DNA of 64,000 nucleotides, from assembly GCA_934095845.1 (NCBI GenBank), contig CAKOKS010000001.1, positions 5,689-69,688 on the forward strand. Reading direction: 5' to 3'. Shown here in pieces: positions 27,065 to 36,027 of the stretch. The DNA is from an uncultured Bacilli bacterium (GTDB lineage Bacteria; Bacillota_I; Bacilli_A; RF39; UBA660). Every line of letters starts with the position of its first letter. Within the stretch, counting starts at the first letter, position 1. The position numbers and the translations under genes are program-made. The notes beneath the pieces are model-generated. The model was not told the DNA's origin, searched no databases, and was given only the letters and a program-made list of their open reading frames with translations.

Positions 27065-29578
27065 ATGAATGGTTTAACTGATGAAGAAGTAGTTGTATCA
27101 AGAAAAAAATATGGCAGTAATAATATTAATATTAAAAAACAAAATAAGTTAATTAGATTAATAATTGAATCTCTTGGAGATCCAATTATTAAAATAATGT
27201 TAATTGCCCTTTCAATTAGATTTGTTCTTTTATTTAAGGATCAAAATTGGTATGAGACTTTAGGTATGCTTATTTCAATATTACTTTCATCACTTATTTC
27301 ATCACTTTCAGAATATGGATCAAATAAAGCTTTTGAAAGATTACAAAGTGAATATGAAAACATTGAAGTTAGAGTAAGAAGAAATGGTAAAAACATTACA
27401 ATTAAAAATGATGAAGTTGTAGTTGGTGATATAGTACTTTTACAAAGTGGGGAACTTGCTCCTGCAGATGGAACAGTTATTGAAGGAAAACTTGGAGTAG
27501 ATGAATCAAGTATCAATGGTGAATCAAAAGAAGTTAGCAAAAAGAGTAACGATCATATATTTAAAGGAAGTGTAATTCTTTCAGGAAATGCAAGTATTAG
27601 AATTGATAGTGTTGGAGTAAATACAATATATGGTTCAATTGCACAAGGACTTCAAGATAGTAATTTACCTTCTCCTATGAGAATACGTTTAACAAAACTT
27701 GCTAAAATTATTTCTAGAATTGGTTATATTGGAGCAATACTTGCATCTATTTCAAATATATTTAATACAGTATTTATTAGTAATAATTTTGATAATGAAA
27801 TTATAATGTCTTTGATTCAAAATCCAAAATATATTGTTGATTTAGCAATAGAAACTGTTACTCTTGCAGTTACTATCATTATTGTATGTGTACCGGAAGG
27901 GTTACCAATGATGGTTGCTTTAGTCCTTTCTTCAAATATGAAACGAATGCTTAAAAATAATGTTTTAGTTAGAAAAGCAGTAGGTATAGAAACAAGTGGA
28001 TCAATGAATGTTTTATTAACTGATAAAACTGGTACTTTAACAAAAGGAAAATTATCAGTAATTGGAATTGCTCTTGCTGAACATAAGCATTTTAATACTT
28101 TAGACGATTTAAATGGAAAAATAAAACAAACTTTTATTGATGCTTTAAGTTATAATAATGATTCTTATTATGAAAATGATACAATAAATGGTGGAAATTC
28201 AACTGATAAAGCAATACTTTCTTTTGTAGGAAAAGTTAACAAAAATAAAAAAATTGTTGATCAAATTCATTTTAATTCAGATAATAAATATTCGTATGTA
28301 AAACTTGATGATGGAAATACATATTATAAAGGTGCAAGTGAAGTAATAATAAAACTTGCTAGTTTTTATATAGATGAATTAGGTAATAAAAAATATATAA
28401 AAAACAAAAAGGAAATGTTAAATTCAATTGATACTTATACTAAAAAAGGAATAAGAGTTATTGCTATTTTAAATAATAATACTTTACTTGGTTTTGTTTT
28501 ATTAAGAGATGAAATTAGAAGTGAAGCAACAGAAACTTTAAAAACAATTGAAGAAGCAGGTATACATACTATAATGATTACCGGTGATGATGTAAATACA
28601 AGTAGGTCAATTGCTGAAAGCCTTGGAATGCTTGATTCTGGAAGTTTTGTTATTACTCATGATGAGCTTGATAAAATGACTGATGAAGATATTGTTAAAA
28701 ACTATAAAAAAATTAAAGTTATTGCCAGAGCTTTACCAAAAGATAAATCTAGGGTTGCTGGAGTTTTAATGCAAAATAATTTAGTAGTTGGTATGACAGG
28801 TGATGGAGTAAATGATGCTCCAGCTTTAAAAAAAGCCGATGTTGGTATCTCTTTAGGAAGTGGAACTGATATAGCTAAAGAAGCAAGTGATATTGTAATA
28901 CTTGATGATAATATTAAGTCTATTGAATCAGCAATTCTTTTTGGTAGAACTATATTTAAATCAATTAGAAAATTTATTATTTTTCAACTTACAATGAATT
29001 TGATAGCTTTATTTTTATCAATAGTTGGTCCATTACTTGGAATATCTACACCAATTACTATAATGCAAATGCTTTGGTTAAATATGATTATGGATACTTT
29101 AGCTGGACTTGCTTATTCTTATGAATATCCAATAAAAAGATATATGAAAGAAAGACCGATAAAAAAAGATGAAGCTATATTAAATAAATATATGTATTCA
29201 GCTATATTACTTATAAGTGTTTATTCATTTATTTTGTTATCTTTATTTTTAAAAAGTGATTTAGTTTATTTATTTATAAGAGATAGTAGAAAAACTCTTA
29301 TGACCGCTTTCTTTTCTCTATTTGTATTTATAAGTGTTTTTAATGCATTTAATGCCAGAACTGAAAGATTAAATTTATTTGCTAATATTTTAAAGAATAA
29401 AGTATTTATTGTTATATTAGCTTTTATAACTATTGCTCAAATATTTTTAATTTATAATGGGGGTTCTTTATTTAGAACATATGGCCTTAAAATAAATGAG
29501 CTTATATTTGTTATTTTACTTGCATTTACTGTTATACCACTTGATTTGGTAAGAAAGCTGTTTATTAAATATCGATGA
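27065..29578 (+). CDS. P-type ATPase, Ca2+-transporting (P2) type
   Basis: DKTGTLT, TGDDVNT, MTGDGVNDAPALKKADVGIS. Ten-TM layout. N-terminal cation-ATPase domain. Confidence 0.85.
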   Translation: MNGLTDEEVVVSRKKYGSNNINIKKQNKLIRLIIESLGDPIIKIMLIALSIRFVLLFKDQNWYETLGMLISILLSSLISSLSEYGSNKAFERLQSEYENIEVRVRRNGKNITIKNDEVVVGDIVLLQSGELAPADGTVIEGKLGVDESSINGESKEVSKKSNDHIFKGSVILSGNASIRIDSVGVNTIYGSIAQGLQDSNLPSPMRIRLTKLAKIISRIGYIGAILASISNIFNTVFISNNFDNEIIMSLIQNPKYIVDLAIETVTLAVTIIIVCVPEGLPMMVALVLSSNMKRMLKNNVLVRKAVGIETSGSMNVLLTDKTGTLTKGKLSVIGIALAEHKHFNTLDDLNGKIKQTFIDALSYNNDSYYENDTINGGNSTDKAILSFVGKVNKNKKIVDQIHFNSDNKYSYVKLDDGNTYYKGASEVIIKLASFYIDELGNKKYIKNKKEMLNSIDTYTKKGIRVIAILNNNTLLGFVLLRDEIRSEATETLKTIEEAGIHTIMITGDDVNTSRSIAESLGMLDSGSFVITHDELDKMTDEDIVKNYKKIKVIARALPKDKSRVAGVLMQNNLVVGMTGDGVNDAPALKKADVGISLGSGTDIAKEASDIVILDDNIKSIESAILFGRTIFKSIRKFIIFQLTMNLIALFLSIVGPLLGISTPITIMQMLWLNMIMDTLAGLAYSYEYPIKRYMKERPIKKDEAILNKYMYSAILLISVYSFILLSLFLKSDLVYLFIRDSRKTLMTAFFSLFVFISVFNAFNARTERLNLFANILKNKVFIVILAFITIAQIFLIYNGGSLFRTYGLKINELIFVILLAFTVIPLDLVRKLFIKYR

Positions 29579-29606
29579 ATATGATATACTTACTCTAGTG
29601 ATAAGT

Positions 29607-30098
29607 ATGGAAAAAAAATTAATAATTAAAAATGATAGAAATAACCCAATTATTAAATTTTGGAATTGGGGATGGAATATATATTATAAAAATCCAGAAA
29701 TATGGAATTACTTAATTGTTGGAATTCTTACAACAATTGTATCCTTAGGAATAAAGTATGCTTTATTATTTACGATATTTGATGCATCAAATCCAATTGA
29801 ACTACAAACTTCAGTAATTATATCTTGGATTGGTGCAGTAATATTTGCATACATTACAAATAGAGTATTTGTTTTTAAATCAAAAGAAAAAAATATTATA
29901 AAAGAGATATTTAATTTTACTTTAGGAAGAGTTGCAACTTTACTTATTGAAATGTTTATAATGTGGTTTATTTGTACATTGCTTTCATTAAATTCAAATC
30001 TTTGGGTAGTAATTGCAACAATTATATGTCAAGTTATGCAAATAGTAGGTAACTATATAATAAGTAAATTATTTGTATTTAAAAGGAAAGTGAATTAG
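29607..30098 (+). CDS. GtrA family membrane protein
   Basis: Four-TM protein of about 160 aa with the ..ITNRVFVFKS.. and ..NYIISKLFVFK.. GtrA pattern. Confidence 0.8.
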   Translation: MEKKLIIKNDRNNPIIKFWNWGWNIYYKNPEIWNYLIVGILTTIVSLGIKYALLFTIFDASNPIELQTSVIISWIGAVIFAYITNRVFVFKSKEKNIIKEIFNFTLGRVATLLIEMFIMWFICTLLSLNSNLWVVIATIICQVMQIVGNYIISKLFVFKRKVN

Positions 30099-30111
30099 TT
30101 TTCACTTTTTT
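30088..30111 (+). terminator. intrinsic terminator
   Basis: AGTGAA-TTAGTT-TTCACT stem followed by a T run. Confidence 0.7.
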
Positions 30112-30130
30112 GCAATTAGAAAAACACTTG

Positions 30131-30175
30131 ATTTTCACCTAAAAATACCATAAAACGGTAAATAGAGGTGAAAAT
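30131..30175 (+). promoter_or_regulatory. 10-bp inverted repeat hairpin sequestering an AGGTGA Shine-Dalgarno-like sequence
   Basis: ATTTTCACCT (30131-30140) pairs with AGGTGAAAAT (30166-30175). There is a nested TACC/GGTA stem. An ATG follows at 30176. Confidence 0.4.
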
Positions 30176-30231
30176 ATGGCAAAACTTAATAAAAAATATG
30201 GGTTAATTATAACTTATCCAAATAAGTCAAT

Positions 30232-30260
30232 TTGACAATTTTTCAATAATTGGTTATAAT
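30232..30260 (+). promoter_or_regulatory. consensus sigma-A-type promoter
   Basis: TTGACA-17 nt-TATAAT, a perfect consensus, about 25 nt upstream of the 30288 start. Confidence 0.75.
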
Positions 30261-30287
30261 ACTCCTCAATAAAAAAGGGGAATGATT

Positions 30288-31328
30288 ATGAGTAATTTTG
30301 GTAAAAGAACAGAAATTAAAAAGATGATAGATGATGACGGATTGTATTTAACACTGGGAGAATTTAAAAATACCTTGGAGTATGTGATAAGTTCACTTAT
30401 TTTTGGAAATTTATCTTTAAATATGATAAAGGCAAACGATCATGTAGCATCTTTTTCACTTACTAGTTTGGAAAATCTTAAGCAAATGATTATTAATATG
30501 GAAAATATTAATTTTACTGAATTAGGTTTTGCTTATAGTGAAAATGGTGAGGAAGCAATTGTATCTCCAGATTTTGTTTTATTACAAACATTGGAAAAAA
30601 TAAAAAAGGATCCTAAAAAGATTGCTGCATTATATGAATTGTTAGTAAATAAAGTTGGAAAAGATAATTTATATAACATTGATTTTAAAAGAGTTTATGA
30701 AGAATTAAAAAAAGAAAAACAAATTAAATCAAGAGAAACTGAGGGATTATATAGATTAGATTTTGATTATTCTATTGAATATTTGAGGGGTGTAGAAGTT
30801 TCTTATAAACTAGTTTCAGTAATTGATGAATTTATCTCAGATATTTTAGATTATTTTACTAGTGATTTTGATGAATATAGAGATCCTGAATATTTAAAAG
30901 TAGAAGATAAAATAGCTGTTATGTATGATGATTGTTCTCAAGAAAAGTATTATGAAATCCAAGAAAAGGCTTGGAAAATTCAAGATTCAGCAAAAGAAGA
31001 TGCTATAAAAAGATATAGAAATAAACTTTTTAATAATCAAAAAATAGCAGTATCAGAATTAGTGAGATTACTTATAGACAAATTGAAATCTAATATTATA
31101 GGATATGATTATGAGGAAGCTTTAACTAGAAGAGGTTATTTAACAGAATTAGGTATAGATGAAGTACTTTATTATGCGCATCCTGTAGATAAATATGATC
31201 ATTATAGACAAAAATATTCTGTTGAAAACCCATGTAGTCAAGATTATGATGAATATTATGTTGAAAAAGAAGAAAATGAAAAAGAAAATTCCAATGAATT
31301 CACAGTTGTTAGAAAAATTTATATGTAG
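30288..31328 (+). CDS. acidic hypothetical protein
   Basis: 346-aa ORF behind a consensus promoter. No family recognised. Confidence 0.65.
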   Translation: MSNFGKRTEIKKMIDDDGLYLTLGEFKNTLEYVISSLIFGNLSLNMIKANDHVASFSLTSLENLKQMIINMENINFTELGFAYSENGEEAIVSPDFVLLQTLEKIKKDPKKIAALYELLVNKVGKDNLYNIDFKRVYEELKKEKQIKSRETEGLYRLDFDYSIEYLRGVEVSYKLVSVIDEFISDILDYFTSDFDEYRDPEYLKVEDKIAVMYDDCSQEKYYEIQEKAWKIQDSAKEDAIKRYRNKLFNNQKIAVSELVRLLIDKLKSNIIGYDYEEALTRRGYLTELGIDEVLYYAHPVDKYDHYRQKYSVENPCSQDYDEYYVEKEENEKENSNEFTVVRKIYM

Positions 31329-31335
31329 ACAAATA

Positions 31336-31366
31336 AAAAGATGGATTAATTATAACCCATCTTTTT
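31336..31366. terminator. bidirectional intrinsic terminator
   Basis: AAAAGATGG-N12-CCATCTTTT 9-bp stem. Confidence 0.7.
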
Positions 31367-31906
31367 GTATTTTTTATATAATTCTTGGAATCTGTTAAAA
31401 TGAACAACTTCTCTTTGTCTCAAAAATAAAAGAGGAGCAATTACATCTTCATCAGTTGCAAGATCAATTAAATGCTCATAAGTAACTCTAGCTTTTTGCT
31501 CAGCTGCCATATCTTCAACTAAGTCAGCTATTGGATTACCTACAGATGCAAAATATGTTGCTGTAAATGGTACACCATTTGAGTCAGTTGGATAAATTCC
31601 TTTTCCGTGTTCTGTATAAAGAGTATCAAGTCCAGCTTCTTGCATTTCTTTTAAAGTTGCATCTTTTGTAAGTTGATATAACATAGTACAGATCATTTCA
31701 TTATGAGAGAATTCTTCTGTAGCAATTGAGCTAAGTAAATTTTTTCCTTCTTCAGTAGGCATTGAAAATTTTTGTGAAAAATATCTTAAAGCAGCACCAA
31801 GTTCTCCATTCGCGCCGCCAAATTGTGTTACTATATATTTTGCCATTTTTAAATCTTTTTTCTTTATATTTATTGGATATGGCAATTTTTTATCATATTT
31901 AAACAT
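31346..31906 (-). CDS. cotJC: spore coat protein CotJC (manganese-catalase family)
   Basis: Strong end-to-end resemblance to CotJC (..GGANGELGAALRY..., ..ATEEFSH.EM..., ..GVPFTA.Y......PIADL.ED.AAE.KAR..Y). The ATG overlaps the cotJB stop (ATGTTTAA). Confidence 0.93.
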   Translation of the reverse strand: MFKYDKKLPYPINIKKKDLKMAKYIVTQFGGANGELGAALRYFSQKFSMPTEEGKNLLSSIATEEFSHNEMICTMLYQLTKDATLKEMQEAGLDTLYTEHGKGIYPTDSNGVPFTATYFASVGNPIADLVEDMAAEQKARVTYEHLIDLATDEDVIAPLLFLRQREVVHFNRFQELYKKYKKMGYN

Positions 31907-32291
31907 TTTCTCCCTCCCATGGCCAAGGATTAGAATTGTATGTGTATTTTCCAAATGTATCGTGACATACTTCTAATACTTGATATTTTCTTTCATATTC
32001 TTCTAAACATTTTTGATACATAAGTGAATATTTTGTAAATAATTCATATTTTTCTTTGCAGTCTGGATTAAGTGCTAAGTATAAATTTAAATCATTAATG
32101 GCAAAATCTAACATCATTAATTTTACTAATAAAGCTTCTTGTTCATTTTGTACTGTTATTTTAGCTGGTTTATAGTTTTTATATGAATCATATTCATCTC
32201 TAAATAGATTTCCTTTTACAAATCCTTCATCGATTTCATATGTATCTTTTTTGTTTTCATCATAAATGTTTGTATTAAATTCAAATAACAT
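31899..32291 (-). CDS. cotJB: spore coat protein CotJB with N-terminal CotJA-like motif
   Basis: ..MMLDFAINDLNLYLALNPD...NPWPWE is the CotJB core. N-terminal ..VKGNLFRDEYDSYKNYKP resembles the CotJA KGTLW.DLYD.Y.NPY motif. Confidence 0.85.
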   Translation of the reverse strand: MLFEFNTNIYDENKKDTYEIDEGFVKGNLFRDEYDSYKNYKPAKITVQNEQEALLVKLMMLDFAINDLNLYLALNPDCKEKYELFTKYSLMYQKCLEEYERKYQVLEVCHDTFGKYTYNSNPWPWEGENV

Positions 32292-32365
32292 AAAATAACC
32301 TCCACAATATAATATGCAAAACTTATAAAATGTGATTATTTACTCATAATATAATTGGTGATGTT

Positions 32366-32884
32366 ATGCTTTTACTTTGCTTTAAAATATTTGTATCTAG
32401 AATAATAGATGTTACTTTATCAAGTGTAAGAACAATGTTTATTGTTAAATGTAATAAAATAGTTGCATCATTGATTGCATTTGTTGAAATATTCATTTGG
32501 TTTTATGCCGCTAAAGAAGCATTAGTTACAGATATTGATTCAATATTTATTGTTATATCTTATGCTCTTGGATATGCTACAGGAACATTTGTTGGAACAT
32601 TTATTAATGAAAGATTTGTAAGTGGAATATATTCTGTAAATGTTAGTTTAAATAAAATAAATAATAAGTTAATTAATGATTTAAAAGGTATTTGTTATGA
32701 CGTTACCAATATAAAAACAGAAAGTAAAAATATACTAAATTTAATTGTTGATAAAAAAAATTATAAAAATTGTATAGAATATTTATATAAAATTGATAAA
32801 AGTGCTAAAGTGTTGGTTACAGAATCAAAGTTAATAAATTTTAATAAATTAAAAATAAGAAAGAGTGATAAATATAAAAAATAA
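32366..32884 (+). CDS. UPF0316/DUF2179 family membrane protein (YebE-like)
   Basis: ..RIIDVTLSSVRTMFIVK......S...F.E..I......... followed by a C-terminal DUF2179-like domain. Confidence 0.7.
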   Translation: MLLLCFKIFVSRIIDVTLSSVRTMFIVKCNKIVASLIAFVEIFIWFYAAKEALVTDIDSIFIVISYALGYATGTFVGTFINERFVSGIYSVNVSLNKINNKLINDLKGICYDVTNIKTESKNILNLIVDKKNYKNCIEYLYKIDKSAKVLVTESKLINFNKLKIRKSDKYKK

Positions 32885-33170
32885 ATATACTTTATATATT
32901 GGATTAAATGATCGTGATACTCATATAAATTTGGATATAGAAAAATCCATAAAATTTATTAATAATATTTTAGAATGTTTTAAATATACATATTTTATAG
33001 CTAAAGGAAAAAGTTCTAATTTAGAAAATACTTTAATATATGTTTTATTTGAAATAGATGATTGTCAATTAAAAGATATTATAGATAAAATACTTATTGA
33101 ATTAAATCAAGATGAAATAATTGTTGAATCTAAACAAGTTGATTGTGAAATTATAAAAAATAAATTATAA
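32865..33170 (+). CDS. small hypothetical protein
   Basis: 101-aa ORF overlapping the upstream gene by 20 nt. GTG start and weak RBS. Confidence 0.5.
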   Translation: MINIKNKYTLYIGLNDRDTHINLDIEKSIKFINNILECFKYTYFIAKGKSSNLENTLIYVLFEIDDCQLKDIIDKILIELNQDEIIVESKQVDCEIIKNKL

Positions 33171-33186
33171 TATAATTGGTGATGAT

Positions 33187-34281
33187 ATGAAATATGATTA
33201 TTTAATAGTAGGTTCTGGATTATTTGGTGCATGTGTTGCCAATAGATTAAAGAACATGGGAAGGAAAGTTTTAGTTATTGAAAAGAGAAATCATATAGGT
33301 GGAAACATTTATACAGAAAATATTGAAGGTATAAATGTTCATAAATATGGTGCTCATATTTTTCATACAGATTATAAAGATGTATGGGATTATGTAAATT
33401 CTTTTGTCGAATTTAATAGATATACTAATTCTCCTATAGCAAGAATTGGAAATGAAATATATAATATGCCATTTAATATGAATACTTTTTCTAAAATATG
33501 GAGTGATGTTATAACTCCTGAAGATGCTTTAAGACATATTGAAGAAGAAAGAAGAGAAATGGAAGGCAAAGAAATTACTAATTTAGAAGAACAAGCTATT
33601 TCTTTAGTTGGAAGAACTATTTATGAAAAATTAGTAAAAGGTTATACAGAAAAACAATGGAATAGAAAATGTGTTGACCTACCAGCATCAATTATAAAAA
33701 GACTTCCAGTTAGATTCATCTATGATAATAACTACTTTAATGACGCTTATCAAGGTATTCCAATTGGTGGATATACTTTATTAATTGAACGTATGCTTGA
33801 TGGAGTAGAAGTAAAACTTAATACTAATTTTTTTGATAATAAGTTAGAATATATGAACATGGCTAAAAAGGTAATTTATACTGGACCAATTGATGAATTT
33901 TATAATTATTCTTTGGGGCATTTGGAGTATCGTTCTTTAAAATTTGATACAAAAATATTTGATATGGATAATTATCAAGGAAATGCGGTAGTTAACTATA
34001 CTGGTCCAGAAGTTCCTTATACAAGGGTTATTGAACATAAACACTTTGAGTTTAATGTTGGACCTAAAACAGTTGTAACATTTGAATATCCAAGTGATAT
34101 GGATGATAATCTTGAACCTTTTTATCCAATAAATGATGAAAAAAATAATAAAATGGCTCAAGAATATAGAAATCTTGCTTCTATTGAAGATAAAGTAATC
34201 TTTGGTGGAAGAATGGGTGAATATAAATATTATGATATGGATGATGTTTTAAAGAAAGCATTAGATTTAGAATTAGAGTAA
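33187..34281 (+). CDS. glf: UDP-galactopyranose mutase
   Basis: YDYLIVGSGLFGA FAD motif. ..GGN.YT.....I.VH.YGAHIFHT.. ...FEYP........PFYPIN.. Confidence 0.95.
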   Translation: MKYDYLIVGSGLFGACVANRLKNMGRKVLVIEKRNHIGGNIYTENIEGINVHKYGAHIFHTDYKDVWDYVNSFVEFNRYTNSPIARIGNEIYNMPFNMNTFSKIWSDVITPEDALRHIEEERREMEGKEITNLEEQAISLVGRTIYEKLVKGYTEKQWNRKCVDLPASIIKRLPVRFIYDNNYFNDAYQGIPIGGYTLLIERMLDGVEVKLNTNFFDNKLEYMNMAKKVIYTGPIDEFYNYSLGHLEYRSLKFDTKIFDMDNYQGNAVVNYTGPEVPYTRVIEHKHFEFNVGPKTVVTFEYPSDMDDNLEPFYPINDEKNNKMAQEYRNLASIEDKVIFGGRMGEYKYYDMDDVLKKALDLELE

Positions 34282-34299
34282 ATTATTTACTCTTTTTTT
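34275..34299 (+). terminator. intrinsic terminator
   Basis: AGAGTAA-ATTAT-TTACTCT stem followed by T7. Confidence 0.75.
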
Positions 34300-34386
34300 G
34301 TAAACTTTACAATTACTTTAAAATCTTTTTACAAAATACAACACAAATATTGTATACTCTTATTGTAGAAGGTAGGTTATAAGTAT

Positions 34387-34824
34387 ATGAATATTAATTT
34401 TAGAATTGCAACTATAGATGATGTAGAAAATATTATAGACTTATGTAATGAGTGTTTTAATGAATCAACATCTTATGAATTTGCAAAAGAAAGTTTTAAA
34501 AAAACTATGAATGATGAGAATCAAATTTATGTAGTAGGTTTTATGGATGGTAAACTTATTGCTCATATGAAAGTTACAGTTATTCCAACAATGTATGAAG
34601 GAATGGAAACTTATGCAATACTTAACCATGTATGTGTTAAACCAGAATATAGACGTCATAATATAGCAACTCATATGCTTGATTATGTAAAAGAAATTGC
34701 AAAAGAAAAGAATTGTATAGCATTGGAATTATGGAGCAAAAATTTCCGTGTTCCAGCCCATGCATGTTATAAAAACTATGGCTTTGAAGTATTAGATGCA
34801 AAATTCTTTTCAAAGAGTATTTAG
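34387..34824 (+). CDS. GNAT family N-acetyltransferase
   Basis: ..VCVKPEYRRHNIATHML.. acetyl-CoA-binding motif. 145 aa. Confidence 0.85.
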   Translation: MNINFRIATIDDVENIIDLCNECFNESTSYEFAKESFKKTMNDENQIYVVGFMDGKLIAHMKVTVIPTMYEGMETYAILNHVCVKPEYRRHNIATHMLDYVKEIAKEKNCIALELWSKNFRVPAHACYKNYGFEVLDAKFFSKSI

Positions 34825-34833
34825 GAGGGTTTC

Positions 34834-36027
34834 ATGAAAATTAGTAATGTTTATGTAGGTGGCTGGTTCCAAAGAACAATGCTACAATTATCAGAAATAT
34901 ATGATTTTTTAAGAGAAGCAAAAACTCAACTTGCTTTAGATCAAGATAAATTAATTGAATTTCGTAAGAATTTACAAATAGGTAAAATTGATTATGGTGT
35001 TCAAGGAGAAGAATTTATTGAATTTACAACAGCTTTAAATATAAAAGTAAAAATATTTGAAGATGGACTTATTGTTCTTAATAATCATAATGTCAGTGAA
35101 GATACTTTATTTGCTGATATTGATGCTTTAACTGATTATTATGAAAATAGATTATCTCCAGCATTTAGTTATTTATTTAGTTTAGGTGCACCAGTTCCAA
35201 AAGAACTTGCACATATTGAAACAGTATATCCTTATTTCGTAATAAGTGATAATGCTACTAAAGAAGAAATGAATGCTTTACTTTCAAGAACAGATAAACA
35301 AAAATATTTTGAATTTGATAATGAAAAATATGATGTTATTAGAGGTGATGTATATTACTTCATAAATAATAAAAAAGCTGAACTGGAAAATATTGAGAGA
35401 TATGTTGAAGAACAAATATTTATAAGAGAATTTAAAGGTCAATTACATAGATATTTAAATTTACATAGAATTATTTGGGAAAAAATTGATAATGTTAAAG
35501 AAAGAGCAAGTGTTAAAGGAGCAGATATTTTAGCATTTAATACTAAACTTGATTCTTATGCAAAGACAATTACATTAATTGAAGGACGTATTAATCAAAT
35601 GAGCACTTATTTGCCTACTCGTGAAAAAATTGCTAAAAATGATAAAGAACTTTCAGAATTCTTATCTATATCTGGATTTAGATATGAAACTTTAAAAGAT
35701 ACTTTAGATTATATTAAACACTTATGGAGTATGACTAAAAACTATGTTTCATCTGCACAAAAACTATTCAATGGCTTAAAAAGTGATGTTAGTAACAAAT
35801 CTATTAACAACTTAACTTTAGTAACAAGTATGTCTGCAGGTACATCTATTATATCTTTATTAACAAAAACAGAACCAAAATTTACTACATTTGGTATCAA
35901 ATATTTCTTTATATTAGCAATATTAGTATTTATTCTAAATAAAGGATTAAAATCTGTTCAAAGCTTCAGAAGATATAAAATTAATGATTCTGGCTTAGAT
36001 AAAGATATAAAGTTTGATGATAAATAA
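34834..36027 (+). CDS. hypothetical protein with C-terminal TM helix; RMD1/DUF155- or CorA-like architecture (tentative)
   Basis: Soluble ~340-aa domain followed by ..INNLTLVTSMSAGTSIISL.. and a terminal TM helix. TAATG overlap with the downstream ABC gene. Confidence 0.55.
   Translation: MKISNVYVGGWFQRTMLQLSEIYDFLREAKTQLALDQDKLIEFRKNLQIGKIDYGVQGEEFIEFTTALNIKVKIFEDGLIVLNNHNVSEDTLFADIDALTDYYENRLSPAFSYLFSLGAPVPKELAHIETVYPYFVISDNATKEEMNALLSRTDKQKYFEFDNEKYDVIRGDVYYFINNKKAELENIERYVEEQIFIREFKGQLHRYLNLHRIIWEKIDNVKERASVKGADILAFNTKLDSYAKTITLIEGRINQMSTYLPTREKIAKNDKELSEFLSISGFRYETLKDTLDYIKHLWSMTKNYVSSAQKLFNGLKSDVSNKSINNLTLVTSMSAGTSIISLLTKTEPKFTTFGIKYFFILAILVFILNKGLKSVQSFRRYKINDSGLDKDIKFDDK

Noticed and set aside
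27241-27540. 99-aa minus-strand ORF inside the P-type ATPase gene. Similar short antisense ORFs occur at 639-857, 2911-3147, 3570-3788, 6193-6399, 13237-13446, 21554-21739, 22853-23104, 24397-24588, 31195-31398, 33937-34161, 34465-34674, 39397-39708, 41688-41888, 53300-53533, 57516-57698, 58506-58751 and 63752-63937.
   Set aside because: All of them overlap stronger, family-supported ORFs on the opposite strand or in another frame, and all lack RBSs.
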